From Eutreptiella sp. 'Long Island Sound 2002' (Eukaryota > Protista > Euglenida): DNA of 64,000 bases. Location: assembly GCA_964036045.1 (NCBI GenBank), contig OZ038379.1, positions 24,118,001 to 24,182,000 of the forward strand, written 5' to 3'. The position numbers and the translations under genes are program-made. Of the stretch, positions 44,871 through 57,430 are shown one piece after another (the stretch's first letter is position 1; each line of letters opens with the position of its first letter). The notes beneath the pieces were generated by a model. The model saw only the letters and a list, made by a program, of their open reading frames with translations, had not been told where the DNA came from and made no database searches.

Positions 44871-47800
44871 GCATGTTGCCTCTCTTCGGGTTTGGTCTGG
44901 GAGATAATGCCGCAGCTGGCCCCTCGCCCCCCGCCACACCTCTTTACCCCCCCCCCCCCCCTCGCGCGCTTCCTTTAGCACTGGGGGTGTCGCGTAAGCT
45001 GCTTGGTAATCAGGATAGTCCTGCTTTACTCCAGATCGTGCCGGCGGCTCGGGCCATATACGTTCACCTGTTGGACGACGCATTGTGCGCTCGATTCCAA
45101 TTTTGACCATGACCGGAAGGATAATTCTCTGCACGGCGCTGGGAGGCCTTCAGGTGCCGGGTATGTCAGTCACTCCGGTCTGCGACATCAATGATTCCTT
45201 GGCTTCCAGCTGCATCTCTACGGGGCCTCTATCGACCCCTCCCCCCTGTATTCTCCCTGGCACTCGCGGGCGGGGATTGTTGGTGGGTGGATTGGGAGGG
45301 GGGGGGGGGTGCAGAGGTGGGGGCTGGGGATGTGTTGTGAGTTCGAACACGCCGTGTTGAATGCCGATCTCCGCAGCAGACAAGAGCCCGGTCACCAGCG
45401 GTAGGCTATGAGTGTGGTAGTTGTGGTGGTTGGTGTACACACAGTCAAGAGAGCACTGGAAGTGCAGTCAGTGTGCGCGTGGCCATTCCCACAACGTCTC
45501 TTTCGTGTCACGTGGCTCGACGATCATGTATCATCGCCTCTTGCAGGTGAGGAAGGGCACACCCAGGGCGCCCTTCAAGGAGTCAACAGCCATTTGCAGT
45601 CAAGGCCCGTCCCTCACAGGGCTGTCCTTTTAGGAATCAGCCATTTTTTGCGGTTTTGCAGGGAGGGCGTTGGGTGGCAGGGCTGCGGTCAACCACTGGC
45701 TGGCCAATGACAGCTGCGTCTTCGCCTATGGCGGTGGGTGCCGTCAGCGGTCAAGGCAGTGAGTTCTGGTTGCGGAGCCCCACCAGGCCTTTGAATATAT
45801 TGGGTGTGGGGAGCCGTCACCCACAGCCGACTACTGGTAAAGAGGGGGCGCGGAGCACAGATTTTGCTTCTTTTTGGGCATCAAGGGGAGCCCTGATCAC
45901 CCAACGGTCCCTGTTAGACAAGCCGTGGGTTGATGTGCGAAGCCTTGCTTGGAGGTTGGCTCAATGCACGTGAAGCTAATGGGAAACCCCAGAACCCCCC
46001 CCCTGCGCCTGCGCAAGGATCACGATGACGTTTTGCTAATGGCCATTCCGTGTGTCGTGTCCCTGGCGCTCAAAGCCTTACATCCCTACGAGATGTTCTT
46101 TCATATGCCTTTTCTCAGCAGATAAACAACCCATGAATCACTCCAACAAGATGAGAACGGAGCACAAAAAATAATATGCATCACTTATGTATACTGCAGC
46201 AGGAGAGGTAAACACTGTATGTGTTTGAGTGTGGCGTTGCTGCTCGACGACGGTGTAGGATGCGGCCTGAGAGTCAAGCTCTGATCTTACCTGTGGCCTC
46301 ATTTGACCTCAAACCGAACCAAAACGATCATTTCAGATTCTCTGGAGTGAAAGGTATTAAGGGACCCTTGCAACAATGGCTAAAAGCATATTTGCCGTGC
46401 AAGAAATGTGTTCCTCTTCTGATCAAACCCAGCCTCTTCGCTTCACAGCTGCCTCTGCCTGCACGGCTCACTCCCCACCATACAACATTGCATCAAAAAC
46501 CTCCGCACCCACGATCCAGCCCATGGGCCGATATAAATCACACCCATAGTCAAACGATATGGCAGTGATGGATCTAATTTGTGCGCCACTCAGGGGGTGG
46601 GGGTGGGGGTGGGGGGGTAGTGAATTGTGACATGTCACAAAAAATACAATAGGCCATAGTGGGAAAACAGCTTTTCTGAAAATATTGTGACACCCAAAAG
46701 GCTCTGCGGTACTTCCTGAGGGCAGTGGTATTTCCTGAGGGCATGTGGGCAGGTTGCTGAATAGTTGTGTCTGTGCTTCTGACCTTGCTTCTGACCTTGC
46801 TGTTTTTTGTGACATTCATCCATCCATTGCATGCACAGCATAGAGATGAGACGCGGTGTCAACTGACACTGTGTTCTCTGTAGGCTCTGAAGACTGCCGA
46901 TTTGTCTGCTGCATCCTTCCGCAGCTTTCTCTTGAAGGACAACAACGAAATGCCTGTGCGGCACGAATTGCGAACGTGCTACGCACAGTGAAAGAAGAGC
47001 TGCGTGAACTGCAGAAAAAACATGGTCCATATGAGAGGTGGTTGCGTCACAATTTAGTTGTGCGAAAAGAGGTCAAACAGGCTGTTTTGCATGGCTAGGT
47101 GTTGGACAGTAAGGGGGTCGGGGGCGCTGATGTGACGAAAACAATAAGAACCCTGGTGGACTACCCAGAAACAAAAAAAAAACTGTTTGTTGTTGCCTGT
47201 ACCCTGCTGCACACACATGCCTCTCTAGAAGGGTTGTCCTGCTTGCCTCCTGGTACCCTGCGTGGCTCAATCTGTGACCGGGTTTTTTTGTGACGCGTAT
47301 TGTGACGCCTCGTCACAACAGGGGGGGGGGGGGAGGGACACCCACCCCCCCAATTACATCCGTCACTGCGATATGCCATCGGCTCGATTCCTAGCCTTGT
47401 GGAATATGACCTGATACAGTGGTGAGTGACCTCATCATGACCCAAAGACCGTTCCACTGGATGGCGTCGGGGGGCTGCAAAGTGGACATGAAAGCTCAGG
47501 TACTCTCAGTCAACCACCCTGGTTTGCTGGGGGTAGAGGTCATGAGAGTGCTGTGCTACCTAAAAGTGCCATGCTACCTGCCTCGCGAAGTCTTTGGCTG
47601 AGTGACCGCCAGTCACAGCTCCCACTCGCCCTCCCCCGTGCCTGCATGTTGGCACAATGATGCAGAAACTGTGCCAGACATCACAGAACACAGATCCCAC
47701 ACACTGTCGCCTTTATTGAGGCTGTTTTCTTTTTCAATTCCAGGCCAGTTGGCTATGCACAGTGCATGCCTCTCAGCACACGCTTGTGTGAAAGATGTGA

Positions 47801-50667
47801 GGCCAGTCAACCAATGGGCAGCCATCAGAGTGTGCCACAAGAGGCCAGGGCACTGTTTGTTGGGGTCAAAGTACCAGACCACTACCACCTGCTGTACCTA
47901 CCGTACTGCCCAGACCTGCAACTATTCTACTACTACTGCCGCCACGCGCTAACAAATTATGCCGTATTTCCCTGGCACGGGAAATCATGGGAAATTGCTG
48001 AGTAACACGGAAATGAAGGAATGTGAAAATCACGGAAATTATTTATGGGTCATGGAAATAATGCTTCACTGAAATTCAGTTGGTGCTTGACAAAGTCTCT
48101 TTGGGCCGCTTGGGCTGCCCGTTTGTTGTCACACATTCCCATTTCCATTTCCATATTTCAGCACCATTGGTGGCCATTAGTGATGTGGAAAAGACGTATT
48201 TGCCAAATACAGAGGCAAAAAGTCCAATCTTTGGATGGTGTGGCAGCTCTTTGGCAGTACCGTAAATGCATATTAAGTAGTGTTGTCAGGCCTGTGACAG
48301 CTACTGCCATTGAGACGACAGCCTGGCTGGTTTGATTGATGCCAAAGCTCGGCAAAATGTTTGGCAAAAACATAAGGCAACGTGCTGGTACCATGTTTTG
48401 CGATGGAGACGTGGAGGGGAGGACCATGAATTGCGCACGCGCACCGTGTCGTGGGAGCCCCCTAGGCGGGCTTTTGGTCTCGCGGTTTCTGGCGGTTGCC
48501 CAATATCCGACAGAAAATTGTGTTTCGGCGTCCTCTCGGCATGTCTTTTGGTGGAGTGATGGTCCACCCGTACGACGCAGACAATCCCGCGCACGGCGAC
48601 CCGGCTTTTCAGTGGTCTGAGAGCCCTCGACAGTCCCGTCCACTGGGCACAGGCCGCCCCCAACCGCCGAGAGCCAAGCCCCTGTGCTGTCAGGCACAAG
48701 TATGCGCCGAAAAGGGCCGACGACCGACGATGGAGGTGTGCCCCGCCCTCAGTGCCCAACGCCCCTCCAGGAATTGTTGAAGGCAAATGGGAGCGAGGGC
48801 TTTTGTGTTTTTTCGGGGGGGGGGGGAATGGGGGTTGGACAATTGCGCCAACGGGCGGTAGTGGGTGCTGTGGGGTGTGAGTCCCATGGCTGAGGACCGC
48901 TCGCCGACACGTGAGGGCACGACCAGGTGTGTTTCCGACCATCGTGTCAAACCCCGGCTTTGATCCCACGACCTCTGGTTTCGAGAGCTTCGTGCCCTGC
49001 CCAGGGTTCCATCCCGGGGGCGAGGACCACACAGGCGCGGAAGGCTTGGAGCGTCTGGAACCGAAGGGAAAGGATGGGGGATTGGGATGGGATTGGCCTG
49101 CGAAAATCGGGGAGGCCGAGATGCCCGTGATATGGACCCCCGAGGACGCGACAAATTTGGAGCCCTGCACGTGTGCGAGTGGATCCTGACAGCAGACCGT
49201 TAACCAAGGAGGTTGTAGAACCCACGATGAGGGGTCTGGGGGACCTTGGTGATCAAGTGAGGATGCACAGCCATTTCAGTTCCCCGTCGTCATCCTGAGA
49301 GACTCCGGTCGGTCGAGCGGTGACAGCATTTGACTGCGCCCCCGGTCCCAGGTCCCTCGAATCCCGTAATCCGAAGGTACCCCTCGACCGGCGCCGGGAG
49401 TAAAGCCGCCGCTTCCGAACACTGCTCAGGACCCCGTGGTCGAGAGCCCGCACACGGGGTCTGACACCGATGGTGGGAAACGCACCTGGTCGAGCGGTAG
49501 CGTGTGGGCGAGTGGTCCTCGGAAGTAGGACTCATGCCGTCTCATACTCACCCGCCGTCCCCAAGACTCCTGCGGGTTAAGTGGTTCTACTGCGGGAATG
49601 GCTTGGTCTGGTCGGTGATGGCTGGCTTGTTTAGCAGGTCAGCTCCATTTGTCGTGATTTTTTTTTTTGGAGGATTCCCCAATTCCCCTTGCGGTGAGGT
49701 GTGAGGTCTCTTGGGTTTGCTGGGCTTGGTAGGCTGCCACGCTTGTTGATAAGTGCGACCTGTACATCTGCTGCCACGCTTTCTAAAGGCAGAGGAACAC
49801 GCAGAAAAACTAAGGGCTCTTGAGCCCGGAAACCATCTGCCGATAAATATCAAGCGCCACCTGTTTTTGGACCGAACCTGTGAATTTCTTATTGTTTATC
49901 CAAACAAGTCTCTGCAATTTCTATTTTCCACAGAGGCCAGAGGTGAGCCTTATTTTCCTCAAATGGTTCTCACTATCAAATCGGACCTGTTGCCCCCAAA
50001 CCTTCCAAGGCGCAGTGGCAGGGAGCAGGCTGCAAGGGCTGGGGCCGACGACCAGCGCCAGGCGCCGCGGAATCGGACACTGCTCCCTCCAGCGGATTGC
50101 AGCGGAGAACAGATATTTTGCCCCCTCACTTGCTTCTCCCTGCACTGATTCGTACAGCTTGCACGCACCCTGGCCTGATGCACACCAGCACTGCAATTCT
50201 CCTCAGTCTGCGCCCTTGTGCACTGCTCTGCTGGTTCCAATGGCCAGGCCTCATGGTGGGGACGGCCCCATGTGGCCTGCGGAGGCAGCAGGTAGGTGTG
50301 GTATGGGACCTCTCTAAGCCCATCAAAGCCTCCGGCAAGGCTTGAGAGGCCTTCAAGCCGTCAATCAGTCAAGTAGTGTGACCAACGTGTTACCAATGTG
50401 CCACCAATGTGTTCCCAACATTTTGCCCATGTGGTTGTGATTCAGTAGCTCTTGGTAGGTGGCTGTGTTAAACAAGGCCAGTCCACCAGAGGTTTCACCT
50501 ACACCTTCACTTAGCTCACCTTCATTAGGTCTCACACCCCGAAATCTCCACACCCCCCCCCTGCCCTCGTCCCCCGTCCGCACATCCGTTGCCCCTGCCT
50601 CCCTTCCTGCTCCACGCCGCCTTCCCCTATTCCCCTCGCCTGCTTTCGGCCTTCTAACAACCCTAAG

Positions 50668-51093
50668 GACCAGCACGTCATCGCCCTCAATTTGGCTCTG
50701 CCCTCGGGAGTCTCCGCTCCGTCGCCGGTCCACTTTTTCGGCGTGTTCGACGGCCACGGGGGCGTTCTGATGGCGAATTACGCCGGTGCACACATAGTCG
50801 AGCATGTGCTCCGGCAGCCCAACTGGTGGCAGCGTCCGGACCGTGCCATGGCGGACGCCCTTGTGCAATTGGACAGTGAAATGGGCAGCCCCATGTGCCT
50901 TGGGGGTGAGCGCGGGGGCACCACCGCCATCTGTGTCATGATCCTCGGGCACGAGTGCTACGTGGCCAACCTGGGGGACAGCCGCGCGGTCCTGCACGAC
51001 ACTGGGTGTGCCCCTGTCGTGGTCCCGCTGAACCGCGACCATCGGCCGGATCTGGCAGACGAGGCTGCGCGCATCATGAGGGCTGGGAGCATG
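50668..51093 (+). CDS. PP2C/PPM-family protein phosphatase, main exon (nested in ARH intron 4)
   Basis: TAAG|GAC; DQH...FFGVFDGHGG...GGTTAICV...YVANLGDSRAVL...DHRPDLADEAARI, then ATG|GTGTGT. A small upstream exon probably lies at 50253-50291. Confidence 0.88.
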
Positions 51094-52387
51094 GTGTGTG
51101 CGGGCCCACCACCCCCTGTTCCGACCTCCCTTCAACAGCACCCCCGCCCTCAGCCCACCCTCTGCATGCGTACGGCGGCGTCTATGATCGCTAAAGAGCC
51201 CACACACCCGCTCTGCATACCTCCCCAGACACAAATCCCCTGCCTTCCTGCAGGTGCCCATCGCTGGGTACTGGGCCAGGGTGCACTGAAGAGAACCCGC
51301 ACTTGCACATTCCCTGGCCACTTTATGGCAGCCGTCTGGATTGCTCGGCCATTCAAGCACATTGGAGCATTTAGAGGAGGTACTAGTGGTCTACTGTTTG
51401 TCGTCTGTGGTCTATTCTACCAAGTTGGCTCAGAAGGACACTCTTAGATCAGGCCGAAGGGGGGTGCAGTGATCTGCGGTTCTGCTTGGCATGTGCATTG
51501 TGTGTTGTAGTGGGGTGTGGCATTGCATGTGTGCCTTCATTCACACGGTTGTGGCTTTGTTATAACAGCCTATCCACCCAGCCTGATGAAGGGTTGGAGT
51601 GTTTCTACTGCCAATTAGGGCTTGCAGTGATAGTGCCGCATGTGGTGTTGCACGCTGAGGACTTACAATTGGATGCAGTGTCATGTGGCTTGCGCCATGT
51701 GCGTTCCATTTTTGTAAAAGCAGCAACTTCCACTGTGACCACCTTTTGCCCACCAATGTGCAATCATGGCCCTCATGACCCTTCACACATTTGGCACCAA
51801 GGCTTGATGCACGCTGTCCTCAACATGGTGGTCTGTGGGTTCACGCCCAAGTCTTAGCCTAAGTCCTGTGCCCCTTACTCCATGTATGTGGGGGAGCATG
51901 AAGATTTGTTCAAGAAACCATCTTCCCGGACCATTTTGAGTACAGCAATCTTTAGTTCCTATCCCCCTGTCCCCACCCCTTGAAGCACAGCTTTCCAGCA
52001 TCAATCCCCCATTGGTCTCCCTCTATCTTTTCTACAACCTCTGGCGTGCTTTTTTTTGTTCGGATGAACGCAGCAATTCAGGATTGTGCGATGCTTTGTT
52101 GTTGATGCTTTGTTGTTAGTTGTTGGATGGATCGTGCCACAGTTCTTTGCTGCATCCTTTGGTAAGTTCCCACAGTGAATAATTCACAATATTTGGCTTT
52201 TGCATGGGGTTGAGGTTGACCATGGCACCGTCCTCTGCACCTTTTCCACATCTCCTCCACCACCCCAGCTCCTGACCCCTCTGCCAGTCATTCATCATCC
52301 AACGCTCCTGCCCTGGTACCCCTGCACAATGCATGGGGCCGGTGTATTCTATGAACCACCCTGTGCCCCCAGGTCACATATTATCAG

Positions 52388-52741
52388 TTGCCCTTGAGTG
52401 GGGGCCGTGTCTACCGCATCGAAAACTCAATGGCCGTCTGCCGGGCCCTCGGAGACTGGAAGTGGAAGCCCCCACACAAGCAGCATTATGTCATCACGAA
52501 CCAGAGCGAATGCAGCCACTTTCCTTTGGGTGACCAAAGCCGCTTCCTCATCTTAGCCTGTGACGGCCTTTGGGAGACGCTATCCAACGAGGAGGCGGTT
52601 CAGATTGCGAACAAATGTCTTGGCCAAGGGGACAGCTGTTCGCCACAGACGCTCAAGGCCGCGGCCAACGCCATTGTGCAGGCCGCGCTGGAGAAGAAGT
52701 CCACGGACAACATCACCGCGATGGTCATCGGATTGCACTGA
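52388..52741 (+). CDS. PP2C/PPM-family protein phosphatase, last exon
   Basis: TCAG|TTG; MAVCRALGD...FLILACDGLWETLSNEEAV...STDNITAMVI-stop. Phase 0 join to 51093 across a 1294-nt GT-AG intron. Confidence 0.92.
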   Translation: MPLSGGRVYRIENSMAVCRALGDWKWKPPHKQHYVITNQSECSHFPLGDQSRFLILACDGLWETLSNEEAVQIANKCLGQGDSCSPQTLKAAANAIVQAALEKKSTDNITAMVIGLH

Positions 52742-53049
52742 CAGGCGCGGTATTGGGGGTTGACTGAAGAGGCGTTGTGGGTGCTTTGCCGCGATCGACA
52801 CCTTAGCAGTGATTAGGGATGATTGCGTGGTTTGAGGGGCAGATGGCTGGGGGAAAGGGAAGCTACCCCGCGGCGGGGAGCACTGTGGTGCCTACTGTAC
52901 GAGGCCAAAGCACAGTTGCTGATTTGTTGAAGGTTTGCGACGCATGTGGCAGAATGATACCAGCCCCTTTCCCCTGTAACCCTCCCCGAACTGTAAACCC
53001 TCCCACTGTAATGCGCCCGCCCTTGTTGCCAACCCGGTGGACACACGCC

Positions 53050-53055
53050 CACACA

Positions 53056-53095
<40 letters not shown>
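53050..53095. repeat. (CA)n(GA)n compound microsatellite
   Basis: Directly visible. Confidence 0.95.
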
Positions 53096-56000
53096 CATGT
53101 TTTGGTGGGGCTGGGGGCCAGTGGGGCTGAGTCGGGACGTGCACACACTAAGGCTTGCGTCCTGTTTGACATCTCCGTTTCAGACGTGTTGAAGTTACGT
53201 CCGTGTGTCTGAGAAATACATTTCGACACTGGCAACACTGAGGCAGGCCATGTGCACTCGGATGGCGAACGAAGCGTGTGTCTGTGTTTGCAACCCTGCA
53301 GGAACGGCGCCCAGAACTCTGATTACGGGACCGGGCGTTCCCACTTTCCCTGCTACCACCCGTGTCCAACATTTCGTCCGCTCTTTGGCTTCCGGGGTCC
53401 TGAAGAATCAACATTGAACTCAGCCCAGTCATGTCCTCTCGTGCTCGTCTCTCTTCGTGCCCATTCTTTGCATTTTCCCTCACCAGTTGTCACGGGACAA
53501 ACAGTAAGTTGAGTCAACGAAACGTGTGTTCGAGCCCACTGGATGGGTTCATGAAGCACGGGAGGGGGAGGGGGCTTCTGGCCAGTCATCCCCTCTAGCG
53601 GGACGTAGCAGCCGCTGCCACATGCTGCAATGTCTATGCTCACGGAAAAATTGTGCCCTCAAAAAACACCACCACGAGACGCTTTTCTTTCTGGGGTGCA
53701 GTGCCTGTAGGAGTCCCCTGGGGTTTCTCTGTTCCTTGCCTGGACGCTAAAAACATTTCGCATCACGGTGGTGTCCGAGATTCCAATCCGGGGCCTGCAT
53801 GGGGTTGTCCCAGCAGGTTTTCAATCACAGGAATTCAATAGTTCTCGCCTTTTCGCCGTGAAGGAAATGAAGGTCGATTTTAACGCTGGTTCTGAACTCA
53901 GGGGGTGTGGGCGGCCTGGTCGCTTCATGTTATGGATTTTGCCGGCTTGTTCGCTTGTGTGGGCCCCCATCCCTTGGGAAGGGATGCTGTTGCATCCCTT
54001 CCCAATCATCTTTGCCACAGCCATGCGCAGATTTAGTCTTCGGTACATTGAGTGTAGGCCCCTGGCCGCAGTCCTCCGGCTTTGGTCCAATTTTTGTCGC
54101 ACGGTTCTTGGGTTGTCCTCTGAATACCCGGCAAAACAGGCAGCAGAAGAGGCCGATGAAGGGTCGCGGCCTTAAACAGTCAGCTGATGGTCAGCTGCTT
54201 CACTGATTTGTCATTTAACATCATTTAATGTCACGAAATATAGTTTTCTGCACCATAAATGCCTCCATTCATCTGTTTTGCATTTGTATTTGCACGTCAG
54301 TCGCCCCGGCATCTTCAAAGCTGTTTGGTCCCCTTCTTCAGCGGCGTTTTAGAGACGGGAGGTCATCAATGTCGCCATTCTTCGGGATCTGGACACGCCT
54401 TTCAGCGTGGGTTGTGCGTTACACAGTTTTTCATGGACAACCTCCGCCCCCCTCCCGGTGGCAGGGACCACTTCCTTTGACCCCAGATCACACTACGGGG
54501 CTTGGCAGCGTGAATCCGACAGGGACCTGCGATCTCCATTCTCTGCTGAGGTTTCACTGGAAGCTGCTCCTGAGTCATCAAATCGGAGAAGGGAGTGCCC
54601 ACGGTGGCCGCCTCAACATCCCCTATGGCCTGCCTTTGGCACCTCCGGCCAGAAACGTTCGCGAGGTCGAAGCACAGTGACCGCATAGCACATGAAATCT
54701 TTACCTTTTGTGTGTGTGTTTTGGACTGCTCAACTTCGATGCCAGTTAGCGCCACGGTCGGTTGGTGGTGGGCCGGCGGTTTCTGGATTGGGGACGGTGG
54801 TTGAGAGTAAACCCAATCCCGTTGAATGGGATGCTTGTTGTGAAAGTTGCTGACCCCCTCAGTCAAAATGTAGTCCATTCATCGCCGCAGTCATGCTGGT
54901 GCACCTGTTGATCATGGCCACCCATTCCATCACCTGAACCCCGTGCACGGTGAGGATTGTACGGTACTTTTCCGTGTTATCATGCACCTCTGCCCCATTG
55001 TCCTGCACACCCCTGCCTTGATCTTTCACTTGTTGCGAGACGGAGTGACAGCAGTACGACAGTAGTACGACAGCATCACCTACCCCCCCCCCCCTGCGCA
55101 AGCACCGCTTTGTCTAAGCACTGGGACCCAGTCTGACCGTCACTTTTACCGAATTTTCTGACCACAGCTTTTACAGTCAGAAAGTAGGCAAAGCATGATT
55201 GTGTGCCGAGGGCAGGTTTTCGGGACATGCTTTCTTTTGGTACCGCGCGTCGCGCGGTTGCACCGCCTTGTCTAAGCACCAGGACCCGGTCTGACCGTCA
55301 CTTTCCTGACCTGGCTGGTGCTTGCGCAAAGGGGGGGGGGGGTACGTTCACATTTATGAAGCGGTCTGAATTGAGGCCCTGCGCAATAGCGATCATTGGT
55401 CTGAGGGAAGCCCCCGCCCTTGTAGTCCCCTCCCCTGCCTTGCGCCAGCGCACCCTTGTCTGCACACAGCGACCCCGTCTGCCCATTGTTTGCGATTGCA
55501 GTCTCTATGGTCAAGAATGTACAATGCCATGTTTGTGAACTGGTGTACTTCATGCAGACCAGTCTCCACAGAAACCCCAAGTTGCCAGAAGCTTTGGCTC
55601 AAGCATCTTCTGACCCTAAGCCCAAGCCAGAAGCCGCCAATGCCCACGTCCAATTGTTCCAAATGCAATGTTACTACCTGTGCACATGGGTTCTTATTGA
55701 GAGTAGCTATAACTGTCCAAATCTACATCAGTGCAATGTTGTTGTTGTATAGTGCTTACGATCTTCATCGATTTCAAAACATTGATGAATGGCCAACCCC
55801 CTCACCCCCACCCGCGCGCACACTATTGTTGGGTGTTTCTCGGTGGGCTTATGATCACCGTCTTTTTTATTTTTTAGGATGAAAGCACTCGGTACCCCCC
55901 CCCCCCCGAAGAATCTAAGACAGGATGCCCACCCCCACTCAAAACAAATTTTCCGACCCCCAATTTTGGCAGAATTCTGTTAGCATGTGTCGACACCCTC

Positions 56001-57279
56001 ATAGAATATTGTTGTGATCTAAGACGGGGAGCTGCTACTCAAATTGAAGCTGAAATGCGCATCAACCCGGGCAGCTTTGGGATTTTGTGACTGAATACTT
56101 GCCGTTCCACGTCGAAATTAAATGTGCACTGCAGTGAAACCGGATCCATTTGTTCACTCCAAACATTGCAAGATTTTAAATTGTAGATGAAAATTAAAAC
56201 TTTGGTTAGACTTTTTTGCCTGCCCCATCCCATCTCACTGCCTTTGAGCCCCCCTTGGTAGAGGTCATATACTTCAGGGAAGACACCAATATATTGGAAG
56301 CACAAGAAGAAACAGAGCAAGAGGACACAAGGGGAGAGGAAAGGGAATGGGCTGTGCAGCTAGCGCCAAGACACAACCAACTCTAGAGGCAGAGAAGAGG
56401 AGAAGGAGGTGCAGACTAGTCAAGATGTTGGGACGTAGCAGGAAGTCAAGGAGGAACAACGCCCAAAAGAGGGACCCAAGGGGAAGCACAGCGAGAGCCA
56501 CAGAAGAAGAGGTGGATAGTAAAACTACAAGAGCACCCACTGGTGAAATGGAACGAGACAATATCGGAAGTAGCAGGGCAAGGAAGTGAGACCATGGGGT
56601 TGTTGTGGGGCAAGAAGACACTCAGTGGTGTCAAGGTAGGGGGTTTGCACATACCAAAATACAAAACACAAGCACACCTGCAATGCGTGGTGGGAAACCC
56701 AAAATTAGCGGAGGCTGCGAGTTGGGGTACAAGTCTAGGAGGATAGCTAGTGGGTTGGATACACATGCATCCATATCATGAGCTGGTAGTGTCTGCCTTG
56801 GGTGTATGCACCCACAACACCATAGACCAAACATTGTGGTTTACCATACCAAAAAGGGGCCCAGCCATGGGAGTTGTCCAAAGTTGGACCTCTACCCAAC
56901 CACAAGAAAGGCTGACAAGTGCCCCAGAAGGAAGTGGCTTGAAGGCCTACATGACTACTCCCTGGGGCAAGGAAGTGGCAAGCAAGTGTGCTGCAATTTG
57001 GAGAAGGAAGCCAAGGGAGGTGCAGCAATATCACGAGCGCATGGTGGGGTGTGGGAGGACGACCAACCACACCCAGTGGGTAGGGAGCAAGAGGAAGTGC
57101 CCATGGTAGTGGTAGGGACGGAGGAAGGGTGTTGTGTGGGGGTAAGGAGCAAAAAATGGTGGGAGGAGCAAACGTGGAAGAGGAAAGTCACAGGCGGAAC
57201 AACGACACCGAGAGTGACAACAACACGGGCAGCATCAGAAGGGCAGGCCCAGTGGGCCTGCAAGCGTGGTCTCAAAACG

Positions 57280-57430
57280 GGCTCCAAGTATGCATGTGGA
57301 TTGTGCTATACGCCATTGAGGGCCAAGGAGGGAGTGGTACAGTGCGGCAATGGACATCGGATGCACCTTAAGTGTGTTGGAGTGTCCCGGTGTCCCAAGC
57401 CAAGCAAGTGTTCTACAACAACAAGGTGTT
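57280..57430 (+). pseudogene. PHD-finger-like Cys/His fragment, probably TE-derived
   Basis: CGLCYTPLRAKEGVVQCGNGHRMHLKCVG within ORF 56806-57648; one expected Cys is missing. Confidence 0.35.

Noticed and set aside
47370-53800. tRNA-like T-arm fragments (47375-47395 plus; ~48955-49000 minus; ~53760-53790 minus)
   Set aside because: No complete cloverleaf or acceptor stem; at most decayed SINE heads.
54740-54960. Possible second APE endonuclease relic (RR*MDYIL...HHQP)
   Set aside because: Two short motifs amid several stops; could be chance.
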